64,000 nt of DNA from the human T2T-CHM13v2.0 reference genome, Homo sapiens, in the NCBI RefSeq assembly GCF_009914755.1, contig NC_060928.1; one strand, given 5' to 3'. This document shows positions 40,589 to 57,290 of this stretch, in pieces. How positions within the stretch are numbered: position 1 is the stretch's first letter; every line of letters starts with the position of its first letter. The position numbers and the translations under genes are program-made. Under the pieces are notes generated by a model, which ran no database searches, was not told the origin of the DNA, and saw only the letters and a list, made by a program, of their open reading frames with translations.

Positions 40589-42189
40589 TTAAAAATTCTT
40601 TAATGTCTACATTAAAAAACATTTACCATATATGTTTCTATCTGGAAGCAATACTATATTATTGATTACAATACTATACAATACAGTATTGTTTATTATA
40701 ATGCTATTTATTACATTAAATAGTATATTCTCTATATATTCCTTTGTAGGTTTTTAAAAACCAACATTGTTTTAAATATTATCCATATTCTATGCAAATG
40801 TAACTTAGTAACTTCACCTTCTATATAGTAGTCAGTTTTATAGATTGCAATTTATTTTAATTAATGGTAACTTAGGTGGTTACTATTTTTTCAGCTATTA
40901 AAAATATTAATATACCATATTATACTACTGTACTATATTATATCATATACTATATTATAAAGCTTGTAAATTTGTAATTTAAAATTATACATCTAAAATA
41001 AGAGGCAAGGGCAATAACCAAACAACTGAATATTTTGTCATATTTTACTACAATTTACATTAAAATTAGCAATCTACTTTTGTAATGAAAAGTAACAATC
41101 TACTTTTTGACAATCTCCACCACTTCCTCTCTTCTTCATTCTGTTCAGAAAATTCAGAGTTGTAATCAATGGGCACATATAATTTTAAATTTTACTTTTT
41201 CAGTTAACATAAGTGCATATAAATATTTTATTCATTCAACAAATGCTTAATTAGTGCTTCTTAGGGCCAGACTAGCATCTAAGGACAGAGACAAAAATCC
41301 CTGCCTCCTTGGATCATGTATTACATTTGACATAATCAGTTAGTCTGTGAAATCATAATTTTTTAATGCTATGCTATGAATTGCTATATTTAGCAATTCA
41401 TGTTACATAATATTAATATACTATGATTTGCTTATTTATTTCCTCAGGGAATTGTGACAGTGTTCTATGCTGTGTTCTATTTTAGGAACATATACATACA
41501 TGACATCCATGTCAGAATAACAGACTAACTTCGACTAGTAGTATGGTAGTCTACATGGTAAATTCTACATAGTAGTATTATTACTGGGGGAGTATGCATG
41601 ATTGATGCTCAGACTGACTTCAAATAGGTCAAATCTCAGCTGTCATCATGAACAATAGTCCATGTTTCCCATTTTCTTCGCGTTCACACACTGAAACTCA
41701 GCCCGCAACCCCGACTAGCATAGTGGTAAGGAATCTGGACTCTGGAGTGGGTTTCTTGGCCTACTAGGTAGATGAACTTAGGCAAATTAATTAACCCCCT
41801 TGTGTCACAGTTTTCCATAAAATGGGGATAATAACACATTTAGTTAATACTTGTAAAAATCCTTAAAACAGTGAGTTTTATGTCTGGTTAAGCACTAACT
41901 GCTATAAAGCTTTGGTTTAAAATAAATCAGTTTTCACTGCCTACTTCCTAAATCAAGTTACCTGAGGGATATATTGAGAAAATGAAAAATAAAGCAAAGA
42001 GACCCCCACCTGGCAACAACATGACTTTGTTTTCTTTGTAAAAGGCTGGGGTCTGTCTATCTGCATCAACCTTACAGTCTGTGGTTTACTGGAAGTTGCT
42101 CACCTTAGATTCTGTCCACCTGATGTCTGCCTAGATCTGTGTCTGCTGAGACTCTAAGAAGAGAAAGGGAGCATGATAGATAAGTACAT

Positions 42190-42488
42190 TACACACACAC
42201 ACACACACACACATACAACATGCACACATAGAGGCACGCACACAAACATATATATTGTACCTGCTTGCACCCCAAATACCCCCACACATACACACATACC
42301 AGACACACATTGTGCATATAAACACAACCCAGATGTACAGCACACACACAGACACAAACACACCATACACACATACACACCACACACACGCACACACCCA
42401 CACCTCCCCCACATACGCACAAACATCTCTCTCTCACACACACACCTTGTGCATACAAATATACATGCACACACACATACACACACAT
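42190..42488. repeat. Degenerate (CA)n-rich low-complexity tract, ~300 bp
   Basis: Multiple CA runs with interruptions; produces spurious H/T- and C/V-rich ORFs. Confidence 0.9.
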
Positions 42489-45400
42489 AGGAGAGAGAGA
42501 AAGAGGATGAAGGAAGGGACCTAAGCCAAGAAGTTATCATTGGTGAGAACAAATTTATCCATTTGAATGTTCTACCTGGCAGTTTAGCAAATTATTTCTA
42601 CAATGTAACAGTTAATCCATTATGTCTTTAGGCTGCACTCACTACATGTAAATACACTGGTCATTTGTTCACACACCCAAGCCAAATAATCCTAAGTGGA
42701 AGAAAGTATAAAGTAACAACCAATCTTAACAAAAATAGTTCTTAGCTCACTGCTTTGAAAATGTTCATTGTCGCCAGTTGCCTCCTTCTCTCCTCCCCTT
42801 TCTTCTCCTTTTTCTGCTCTTTATCCTTCCATACCAGAAAACCTTCTAGCCACGGGGAAAATTAATTAACATAAATGTACCTGCACCTATTTCTTCAAGT
42901 TGCTGTTTAAGTTTGGTTCAGACATGAATCAGAAACACAGTGTTGGCACAGAGCTAAGGAGTAAATTCTGTATGCAGTGAGCTCCTATGAAGTCACTGAT
43001 TAATATAATTAAAAGCCTGAGTTAATTGCATACTTTCCATTAGCTTTCATTGTATACTTACTTTCCAAGGACCCACTAGCCTTCCCCATGGGGATCTGGT
43101 CCCACGTTTATTCAAGTGAGATGGCTGCTTTCAAAACTGAACCTTTCATCAATCCCCTATTAATTAGCTAAACGCTGCACTGGATTATGCATTTATGCCT
43201 GCCAGCAAGGCGGGAGCATCCGGAGAGCAGAGCTCACAGTCCTCTTGGCTCATCCTCCAGCCTGGTCATTGGTATTCCAGGACAAGTCGGCTTACTGTAA
43301 TTTGAAATTGGTCTGCCATCCCATTAGGAATCTGCCCGATCAATACCAAGTGAATTAGAGTTTCAGTGATCTGATTAACTCCCCATTATTTTCTACCCTG
43401 GCTGATTTAGAATGCATGATGAGACAATATTCCAGTTTCTTTGCTTTATCCCAGTTTAAGTGAAATATAGACATCTAAGGAAGCAGTGCCTGTGCATTTG
43501 ATTTGGCTCAGCTGTAATAAAGTCAAACACCATGAGTATCTTCCCCATCAAAGCAGTCTTAAGTGACTGAGGGCTGCCTCTGCACTCCATGCAAAGAGCT
43601 GAGAGTGGGAAGGGGAAGAAATAGGTGGGAGCTCTTGCTGCTCATCTCTCTTCTTTTTGGCTCTCTTCTTCTGAATAAACCCCTATAAGGCTTTTAACAG
43701 GGCGGTTTAGTTATTTGTCATATGATCAACATTAGCAGCTTTGCGACTGAAGCTCTGGGTCATGTGGTTGGAAGATAGACTATAATTCTCTCTCTCCCAA
43801 AGGCACAAGAGGCTCATGACAAGAGAGTAACTAAATGTTGTCTCTTGATGACTGAAAACAAGCACTGTAGCTAGGGCCAAACGCTGCCCTTGGGGAAAAT
43901 GCCTGGTGCCCTCAAGGAGCTAATTTAGTCTCCTTTGCAGCAAGACTGTTTTCATGCCCCGGCCCAGGGCTTCAGAGAAATCTGAATAGGGCTCAGCAAG
44001 TCAGTATGTGGCTCCAGGAGGCTAGAATTTCAAGCTGCTTGAAAACACAGGATTCTGAAACAATGCAAGCAATGCAACTATATCCTTTAAAAATACAGCC
44101 ATGTTACTTCCTAATATGTTTGAATTTGGTTGGCCAAGCACTGCCTAGTAGAATTTCTTTAATCATTTATTATTTTTTTTAAGATTTAATAATTGTAGTG
44201 GGTTTATCTTGCTTTGATGTTCCCCAAATACTAAAAAATAACCTAGTGTATTTTTCATATATGTCTAAGCTATTATAATGTGGCACAATATTTTTTTACT
44301 GGTGATCCAATAAAGATTCATCTGGGCTTATATGTATAATCATAAATAATAGCTCACTAATATGACCTATTCTAAATAACATCCTATCTTCCTCTTAGTA
44401 ATTACTTAGCAATTCAGAATATTCTGTGTGCAGGATGAAGAAATCTGGCTAGAGATGATATAATATAATCTGCTAACTAGTTATGTAAATATCTAGATTG
44501 AAAATATAAATGCATAGGAATGGAGTAGCTTTGGCATTGACAAATCCTAGTTTGGTGAGAGGTTTGGTCAGCCTAAACTTTTATGAACCTCATTGCTATT
44601 CTCCACTATTGATCATTACTCATCTGAATACTTCTGAGTATCTCGTGTGTTTTGTCTTCCAAATGTAGTTCACACAACTTAATTAGAGCAAAATTATAAT
44701 AAGGACTTACAAAGAGAAATAAGGTTTGAAATATCTCAGCTCAAGACAAAGAAAAAATTGTTTATTCTGGAATAAATGATTTGAATCCTGATATTTGCAG
44801 ATAGGTGAACTTAGTTGCCTTTTTAAACAAAGTTTTTTTTTTAATATCAATAAAATAGGAATAGTAATATCAACATTATAGGATAGTTTTATGGTAAATA
44901 CGGTAATATATGTAAAGTATTTGTGCAGAGTAAATGCTCAAAGCTTGTTAGCTTTCTCCATTTTCCCCATCACATGTTCACAGAATCTGTGATGACATTT
45001 TTCATGTCAATCTCTACTTTTAAATGACCCACTTAAAAATCTTAAATTGAAGGGAAAAAGGAATCTGAAGACAAATAAATTATGTCAGATATTTTTATGT
45101 ATATGATTTAAATGGAAAATTACTGGAATATTGCCAGTTTCTCTGAAATATCTCAAATTTCTCACCTGGGAAAAATTGAAGTTGCATGAAGAAATGATTC
45201 AAATCCTATCTAGAAACAGAACGACCAAATGCTCTAGTTGATTATTAACACAGAGCTAACTCAGAGTCTCTGGTGGAGGCATGGACCACCTGCAGCAGGG
45301 CTTAAAGCCTCTGGACTCAGCAGGATTGCTTTTGGATGTGCCATAGTTTCCATCTTTACCATGTTGATTAGTCCCCATTTTTGGAATGCAGAAACATATT

Positions 45401-45827
45401 CTGACAATGTATCTAGTCCCTTCTTTGGATCTGATACTGTATTTCTATTCATAGATTGAAGTCAATCATTCTTCCATTGCACTTCTGGTCAATTAAAAGC
45501 TTCAAGCTTTTATCACATCTATTTCTATCCTTCTTTTGTGATTGATTATTTTGTAACATGTAAAATGTAACATTTTCCCCAAATAAATGTTATTATATTG
45601 ATTTCAGCCTATCATTTCAATTTATTTGCTTTTTTGGGTTTATTGTATCGTGAACATAATTAATTATCTTTCTAGCTTAGTATTCTTCAGCCACTAATGG
45701 AAAATGGCATACAATAGCACTAACACGCATCCTGATTTCAGTCTTGAAATCCACACCCTTGAGCATAGGGTTAAATAAACTTAAAACACTGTCTTGTGCT
45801 AACATCTAACCCATATTTCTCTACATT

Positions 45828-46100
45828 TACTGCCACTGTGCTGGAAATCTTCCACTTGTCCCTCCACACCTCACCCTAACCTACCCTACTACGTGCCCTG
45901 GGAGGCTGGCCTGTATGGACTGCATCAATAGGCTTCTCAGCTCTATGGCTTCTAGTTGGGTTTACCCAGTGGAGTGCTAAATGAAGATAGGAGGAAAGGA
46001 GGAAAGGAGAGGAGTGAAGTCAGGAATATTATTTTCCTAACTCCTTTCCTGTTGAATTTCCATGGGTTGGCTGCCTCCCTTGACTCAAGTCCATGCCTCC
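45828..46100. mobile_element. LTR33-like ERVL LTR relic
   Basis: TGCCCTGGGAGGCTGGCCTGTATGGACTGCATCAA...TGGCTTCTAGTTGGGTTT...GGAGAGGAGTGAAGTCAGG. Confidence 0.6.
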
Positions 46101-48284
46101 CACAGGGAGACTTTATGCATCTCATGATTATTACACATTTTGTGGACTATGAGACAAAATGGATGGTTATGTTAAATATACAGCTATTATATTAATATCA
46201 ATTTATGTCTATTACAAATTACTTGTTATAGATTTGCTGACTTGTACATAGACAACTCATAAAAACATACATAAAATTTTATCATCTTTGGATCACTATA
46301 TTTGATGACACCATACTGTTGCATTTTAGTGATACTTTGGATGTTGCTCGAAGCTTGACATATAACCCAAATGTCACAATTAAGTTATTAACTGGATGGT
46401 GAAAATACTCATACTTAGCACTTACATGTTGCTTTTTGTCATTAATGTGTATGACAAATAGGAGCTAATCAATAGCATAGCAGTGTATTCAGTAATGATC
46501 TTTTACTGTTGCTTGGTTCATTTCAGTTCAGAGGGCTTTTACTAGTAAGCCCATAAAACTGGTGACAAGTTTCAAGTTAATAGACAAGATTTATTTGAGT
46601 ATGTCCCTCTTCACCCACCGTCCCTTCACCTGCTTAGCTTCCCACCAGATGGTGAAGCTCTAAAGGCAGAGATCCTTTTATCTCTGTATCCTCAATGCCT
46701 AGTTTAAGACCTGATACTTGGTAGACATTCAAAAAAGTGCTTATAGAGTGGATAAAGGAATAAGCAATATGGCAAAACTATTGACGTGATCATTTATGTT
46801 ATTTCTAAGACCTGCTGTAAAAAGTGTCATGCACTGTTGTACTTTATATGCCAGATATTTTCAATTTCCCTTTCCATTGAAAAAGAAGACCATAGTTTAA
46901 GACTTTCAAAAACGTATGCTAGTATTTATTGACAGCTAGAAAACAACCTGTACCAAAGAAATGGATACATCCCATCATGTTAAAGGAGACTGAAGCCCAT
47001 TCCTCTGAATTCACCATTTACAGCTGTCTTCTCTCCATGTAGCTCTGCTAAATGCACCAAAGTCAGTATCCTAGGGCAGACTTGGAGATTTTCACCAGCA
47101 AAGTGTAAAGTTTGCAGAGATTTCATCTCCTCTCCTCTGGTGCCTTGGGATTTGGGGAGAATGTTGAATTTGTCCTGACTCTCTAAGAGAGAGCCTGTGG
47201 CTTTCCAAGGAGGTGAGCTGGCCATTGATTCATGGCAGAGGGAGGGAGCATCCTTGACAAATCTGACATGTTGGGCATCGGCATCATTGCTTGTCAATAC
47301 CCACATCAGAGAATAAGAGAAATGTTTTGGAATGCAGAAAATGACGACTGTGGCAGAGGATATAATCCAATGTGGAAAATAAGCAACTGCACAGTTCTAA
47401 TGTTTAAAGAAAATCTCAACTATGTATGTCAAATAAGCATGAAAAGGATGATTGAAAACAGTCCAAGTTAGTGTTGAAGAAGAATCCAATTTTATAAAAG
47501 GATCTTGGAGACAGTTTAGTCTGACTCCCTCATTTCACAGCTAAGAAAATTCAGAACCAAAGAAGATAAATGACTTGCTCAAGGTCATACAACCAAGGCT
47601 TTTCACATTGTTTTCCTCAATACCACGTTCATTTCCACAGTAATCAGTACTCAACACTCCATTTAAATGTTATCAGTCATCTTAGAATCTGAAATTAAAC
47701 CTGAACATTATTTCCCTAACATTTAGTGAGAGCTGATTTTGTATTAACTATAGGTGTTGTACAGATAAAATATTCCTACACTTCACATCTCTAGAGACTG
47801 ACCAGGCCTTCCCTATGGAAGAAGGCAAGAATACAAGAATATTCTTGTGATAAAGGCAAAATGGAACTTCTTTAGTTCATATTATTTAAACTGTTATTAT
47901 TAGGCTTCAAAGTCTATTATTATTTAGGCTTTGGAGTAATTCACATTCTCTGTGATTAAAAAAAAATTAAAAATTCTTCCCTCAAATTTTAAGTACTGTC
48001 AATTTGGTTTAAAATATGTACTTTTTTTTGTTGTTGTTGTTAGTTTTTATTCACTTTATTTATTTATTTATTTATTATTATTATACTTTAAGTTTTAGGG
48101 TACATGTGCACAATGTGCAGGTTAGTTACATATGTATACATGTGACATGCTGGTGCGCTGCACCCACTAACTCGTCATCTAGCATTAGGTATATCTCCCA
48201 ATGCTATCCCTCCCCCCTCCCCCCACCCCACAACAGTCCCCAGAGTGTGATGTTCCCCTTCCTGTGTCCATGTGATCTCATTGT

Positions 48285-52128
<3,844 letters not shown>

Positions 52129-52176
52129 TTATTTTGCTCGTTAGTTGATGCAGTTTCTTCCTAGTCTCCATGGTCT

Positions 52177-53193
52177 TTACATTTTGGCATGATTTTGCAG
52201 TGGCTGGTACCAGTTGTTCCTTTCCATGTTTAGTGCTTCCTTCAGGAGCCCTTTTAGGGCAGGCCTGGTGGTGACAAAATCTCTCAGCATTTGCTTGTCT
52301 GTAATGTATTTTATTTGTCCTTCACTTATGAAGCTTAGTTTGGCTGGATATGAAATTTTGGCTTGAAAATTCTTTTCTTTAAGAATGTTGAATATTGGCC
52401 CCCACTCTCTTCTGGCTTGTAGAGTTTCTGCCGAGACATCTGCTGTTAGTCTGATGGGCTTCCCTTTGAGGGTAACCCGACCTTTCTCTCTGGCTGCCCT
52501 TAACATTTTTTCCTTCATTTCAACTTTGGTGAATCTGACAATTATGTGTCTTGGAGTTGCTCTTCTCGAGGAGTATCTTTGTGGCGTTCTCTGTATTTCC
52601 TGAATCTGAATGTTGGGCTGCCTTGCTAGATTGGGGAAGTTCTCCTGGATAATATCCTGCAGAGTGTTTTCCAACTTGGTTCCATTCTCCCCGTCACTTT
52701 CAGGTACACAAATCAGACGTAGATTTGGTCTTTGCACATAGTCCCATATTTCTTGGAGGCTTTGCTCGTTTCTTTTTATTCTTTTTTCTCTAAACTTCCC
52801 TTCTTGCTTCATTTCATTCATTTCATCTTCCATTGCTGATACCCTTTCTTCCAGTTGATGGCATCGGCTCCTGAGGCTTCTGCATTCTTCACGTAGTTCT
52901 CAAGCCTTGGTTTTCAGCTCCATCAGCTCCTTTAAGCACTTCTCTGTATTGGTTATTCTAGTTATACATTCTTCTCAATTCTTTTCAAAGTTTTCAACTT
53001 CTTTGCCTTTGGTTTGAATGTCCTCCTGTAGCTCGGAGTAATTTGATCGTCTGAAGCCTTCTTCTCTCAGCTCGTCAAAGTCATTCTCCATCCAGCTTTG
53101 TTCCGTTGCTGATGCAGAACTGAGTTCCTTTGGAGGAGGAGAGGCACTCTGCTTTTTAGAATTTCCAGTTTTTCTGCTCTGTTTTTTCCCCTT
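52177..53193 (-). pseudogene. ORF1: L1 ORF1 (coiled-coil/RRM/CTD RNA chaperone), disrupted
   Basis: 1017-bp span; start ATG changed to AAG at 53191-53193; in-frame TGA at 52975-52977 and 52900-52902; C-terminal 218 aa open (...RATPRHIIVRF...YPAKLS...NHAKM). Confidence 0.95.
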
Positions 53194-54094
53194 CTTTGTG
53201 GTTTTATCTCCTTTTGGTCTTTGATGATGGTGATGTACAGATGGGTTTTTTGTGTGGATGTCCTTTCTGTTTGTTAGTTTTCATTCTAACAGACAGGATC
53301 CTCAGCTGCAGGTCTGTTGGAGTACCCGGCCGTGTGAGGTGTCAGTCTGCCCCTGCTGGGGGGTGCCTCCCAGTTAGGCTGCTCGGGGGTCAGGGGTCAG
53401 GGACCCACTTGAGGAGGCAGTCTGTCCATTCTCAGATCTCCAGCTGCGTGCTGGGAGAACCACTGCTCTCTTCAAAGCTTTCAGACAGGGACATTTAAGT
53501 CTGCAGAGGTTACTGCTGTCTTTTTGTTTGTCTGTGCCCTGCCCCCAGAGGTGGAGCCTACAGAGGCAGGCAGGCCTCCTTGAGCTGTGGTGGGCTCCAC
53601 CCAGTTCGAGCTTCCAGGCTGCTTTGTTTACCTAAGCAAGCCTGGGCAATGGCGGGCGCCCTTCCCCCAGCCTCGCTGCTGCCTTGCAGTTTGATCTCAG
53701 ACTGCTGTGCTAGCAATCAGCGAGATTCCGTGGGCGTAGGACCCTCCGAGCCAGGTGTGGGATATAATCTCCTGGTGAGCTGTTTTTTAAGCCCATCGGA
53801 AAAGCGCAGTATTCGGGTGGGAGTGACCCTATTTTCCAGGTGCCGTCTGTCACCCCTTTCTTTGACTAGGAAAGGGAACTCCCTGACCCCTTGCGCTTCC
53901 CGAGTGAGGGAATGCCTCGCCCTGCTTCGGCTCGCGCAAGGTGCGCGCACCCACTGACCTGTGCCCACTGTCTGGCACTCCCTAGTGAGATGAACCCGGT
54001 ACCTCAGATGGAAATGCAGAAATCACCCGTCTTCTGCGTGGCTCACGCTGGGAGCTGTAGACCGGAGCTGTTCCTATTCGGCCATCTTGGCTCC
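53194..54094 (-). promoter_or_regulatory. L1 5'UTR with sense promoter (YY1 site) and antisense promoter
   Basis: CAAGATGGCC YY1 site at 54080-54089 (minus) intact; CpG-rich; antisense splice donors CAG|GTGTGG (53755) and CAG|GTGCCG (53840). Confidence 0.85.
53649..53957 (+). CDS. ORF0: L1 antisense ORF0, open 102-aa form
   Basis: GCAATGG Kozak; MAGALPPASLLPCSLISDCCASNQRDSVGVGPSEPGVG... matches primate L1 ORF0; expression unproven. Confidence 0.6.
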   Translation: MAGALPPASLLPCSLISDCCASNQRDSVGVGPSEPGVGYNLLVSCFLSPSEKRSIRVGVTLFSRCRLSPLSLTRKGNSLTPCASRVRECLALLRLAQGARTH

Positions 54095-54240
54095 AAGAAC
54101 CTTTATTCCACCTTTTTTTTTTTTAACTAAATCAAAGAATCTAGCATTAAGAATTCTGTCAACCTGTCTTCAACTACTGGTAATTCCTTCTCTGCTTACT
54201 AGGCTTTAATTTTTGTGATACATTTTAAAGTAATAAAAAC

Positions 54241-54544
54241 TTTTTTTTTTTTTTGAGACGGAGTCTCACACTGTTGCCTGGGCTGGAGTGCAGTGGTGCG
54301 ATCTCCGCTCACTGCCAGCTCTGCCTCCTGGGTTCATGCCATTCTCCCGCCTTAGCCTCCTGAGTAGCTGGGACTACAGGTACCTGCCACCACGCCCGGC
54401 TAATTTTTTATATTTTTAGTAGAGATGGGGTTTCATCATGTTAGCCAGGATGGTCTCAATCTCCCAACCTCGTGATCCATCCGCTTCGGCCTCCCAAAGT
54501 GCTTCCAGGGGTAAGCTTACAGGCATAAGCCACCGTGTCCGGCC
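54241..54544 (-). mobile_element. AluY with small internal replacement
   Basis: GCCATTCTCC and TTAGCCAGGATGGTCTC AluY diagnostics; TSD ATAAAAAC at 54233-54240 and 54545-54552. Confidence 0.93.
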
Positions 54545-55089
54545 ATAAAAACCTATTTTAATTTTTGTTCCGAAAGATTGTAAAACCTTTGTATTACAGA
54601 AAAAGATAGGGCTGGAGGACTTAGAGGCAGAGCAATCCTTGGAGCAACTAGCAAGAGTAAGAAGTGTTGCTCTGGTCTAAACCAAAGCAATTATGTGAAG
54701 CAGAGAAACCATGCGATTGTGGCAGGTGAACATTTTTCTCTTATTGACACTAGAGATGGTTGGTGCAGTTAAGTATTTTTCTGGTGTGGAAAAATATAGA
54801 TCAGAGACAGGATAGCTAAAATGCAGCATGTAGCTTTCTGCAAGGTTGGAAGCTATGAAGTGAAGTTCCAGACTCTTCCACAAATAGAGTCAGGACCAGT
54901 GAGAAGGAGATGATCATTTGATCAGCTATTGCATGGGAGGAATGCCTGGCCATTTCCAAGGGCACTGAATTCAGCAGAGACTTAGAAAAGCCGGCAAGTT
55001 CATCTCACCATCTAGCAACCCCTCTGATAAAAGTTCAAACGACCAGAGTTTGGTTGGTGAGGAGGTAGTGGTAAGAGAATATGTTAGAG

Positions 55090-55433
55090 TAGCAGTCCCC
55101 AAGCTTTTTGGCACCAGGGACTGGTTTTCTGAAACACAATTTTTCCACAGACAGGGAGTGGGGTGGGGTGATGATTTGAAGATAAAACTGTTCTGCATCA
55201 GATCATCAGGCATTGGATTCTCATAAGAAGTGTGCAACCTAGATCCCGCGCATGTGCAGTTCACAATAGGGTTCGTGCTTCTGTGAGAATCTAATGCTAC
55301 AGCTGATCTCACAGGAGGTGGAACTCAAGTGATAATGCTCTCTAGCCCGCCACTCACCTCCTGCTGTGCGGCCCAGTTCCTGACAAGCCATGGACAGGTA
55401 CAGGTTTGCCACCCCAGGGGTTGGGGACCCCTG
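55090..55433 (+). mobile_element. MER1B hAT-Charlie DNA transposon
   Basis: GTCCCCAAGCTTTTTGGCACCAGGGACTGG...GTTGGGGACCCCTG termini; 8-bp TSD TGTTAGAG / GGTTAGAG. Confidence 0.9.
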
Positions 55434-56351
55434 GGTTAGAGTTAAACAGTGTTCTGGTATGGGGCTTCGCATATAAAAGATGCTCAATTAACGGTGAACA
55501 TATGAATGAATGGCCTTATAAAACCAAATAAGGAGTTTGAATTTTATCCCAGGCCAATAGATTTCAAATAGAGGCTGATGTGCTCAGATTTGCACTTCAG
55601 AAAGATTTGCACTGTGGGGAATGGATTCAAGCTGGAGATCAGGAAGCCAGTTAGAAGGCTTTTGCTTGTGGCCAGAGTAAAGGTAGCGGCTATTCAATTA
55701 ATGTTTGGAATATTGGATATTTAGCATTTTCTATTGATTTAAATAGCTAATAAAACTGTGTGGTAATAATGTGTGCCATATATCTCAGATAATCTCGGGA
55801 ATGCTTTTGCCACACTGTCTGTCAATATTCTATGAAATTAGGAATTTCAGGAAAATACAGTGAAAGCTCCTTTATCTAATGCCATTGGTACCATTATGCA
55901 AACTTGGACAAAGTATGAAATAATAAAACATGACACACACATATCTTAAATGTTTTACCTAACTTAAAAATATAAGTACATACTTATTTACCAATCATTC
56001 AATACAGAGCCAGAGCCTTTTCTTTGACCATTAATCTTTTCTTTAGAACTATCTGTAGTCTATTTTTGCACATATCACAAATGCATTTTTATGATATCCA
56101 ATTTCATTTTAGTTCAAGTGGAGTGAAAAATTATACACCTTTATAAAGCAATTTGAAAATTTTTATAATTGTTTTCCCAACCTGTTACAGTTATTTTGCC
56201 CACATTGAATTTGGTAGAAATATTTTACTAGCTACTTACTATTACGATTTTCTAAAGCAATCAACTTATTTTTTACAGTATATTGGACACTTCCCATCAT
56301 CTTGGCCCATCTTTATTTCAGCTATCGTTGCAGCCACAAACATTTTGCAGG

Positions 56352-56754
56352 TGTAAACCGATGATGTTTAATCTCATCTGACTACCCACCTAGGCTTTCT
56401 AGTGCCACAGCATGCGATACCACTGGAAAGCCTCAGGGAATCGCCCGGTATGAATAGGTGCAGCAACTTCAAGTTTGTGCAAGGGAGTTGTGCCCCCTAG
56501 GAAACCTTCAATCAATGGGGGACAGGATCTTGTAGATAAATATATCATTCTTCTGTCCAGTTTATACAGCTTCTCAGAAGGTTCCAGAGGAGTTTAGACC
56601 TTAATATTAACAACAATCAGCAGCTCAATAACACTCTTATATTGGCTCCCTGCTTTTTCAGGTTCTCCACTCTTGGGATTACATTAACTACTTATATGTA
56701 AACTCTTGTCTACATGCAAGACTCTGCTTTGTGGGAGGCAAGTCAAACCAAGAC
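56352..56754 (+). mobile_element. LTR16-like ERVL LTR relic
   Basis: GGAAACCTTCAATCAATGGGGGACAGG...CTCAATAACACTCTTATATTGGCT...CTCTGCTTT...AAACCAAGACA. Confidence 0.55.
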
Positions 56755-57109
56755 ACACAGAAGCAACACCCCTATTTTAAAAACTCACATTATTTTACTG
56801 AATGTTTAATTTTATTACATAGTTATAACAAGTGCAACTTGATAGAAGGTATGTTTTGAAGTTGAGGGAAGAAGTAAAAGTAGGGAAAAGAAAACCTGAT
56901 GTCTTTCAAAAGCACTCTAAGTAGGTGTTTGTTTATGCTTATTGAATTTAGAAAGGTGGTTTTGCTTAAATGGATTCACCTGTCAATTATTGTTGCCCTC
57001 ATAAAAATGTCCTTACATTGAGATCCTTATCTGGAAATTGTTCTTGTAGTCTTCATTAGATAAAAATCTCTAGCAGTGACTTCTTTTTCTGTTTCGAGAA
57101 TTTCCAATA

Positions 57110-57290
57110 AAATAGCAAATGCCTATATCATGTGTGTTATATGCCAGACACTATTAAATCTCACAACAAGCATATGAGATGCACTCTTATTATTATTTTG
57201 TAGCTGAGGAAACTGAGGCACAGAGGAATTAAGATACCTGTTTAAGATACTTCTGACAAGTAAACGTCAGAAGTTGTATTTGGCTCTGGT
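57110..57290 (-). mobile_element. MIR relic
   Basis: TTTTGTAGCTGAGGAAACTGAGGCACAGAGG MIR core. Confidence 0.65.

Noticed and set aside
39046-40665. Cluster of GC-rich ORFs and an apparent CpG island
   Set aside because: Entirely within the SVA VNTR/Alu-like domains; not a gene promoter or CDS
42131-42552. His/Thr- and Cys/Val-rich ORFs
   Set aside because: Artefacts of (CA)n low complexity
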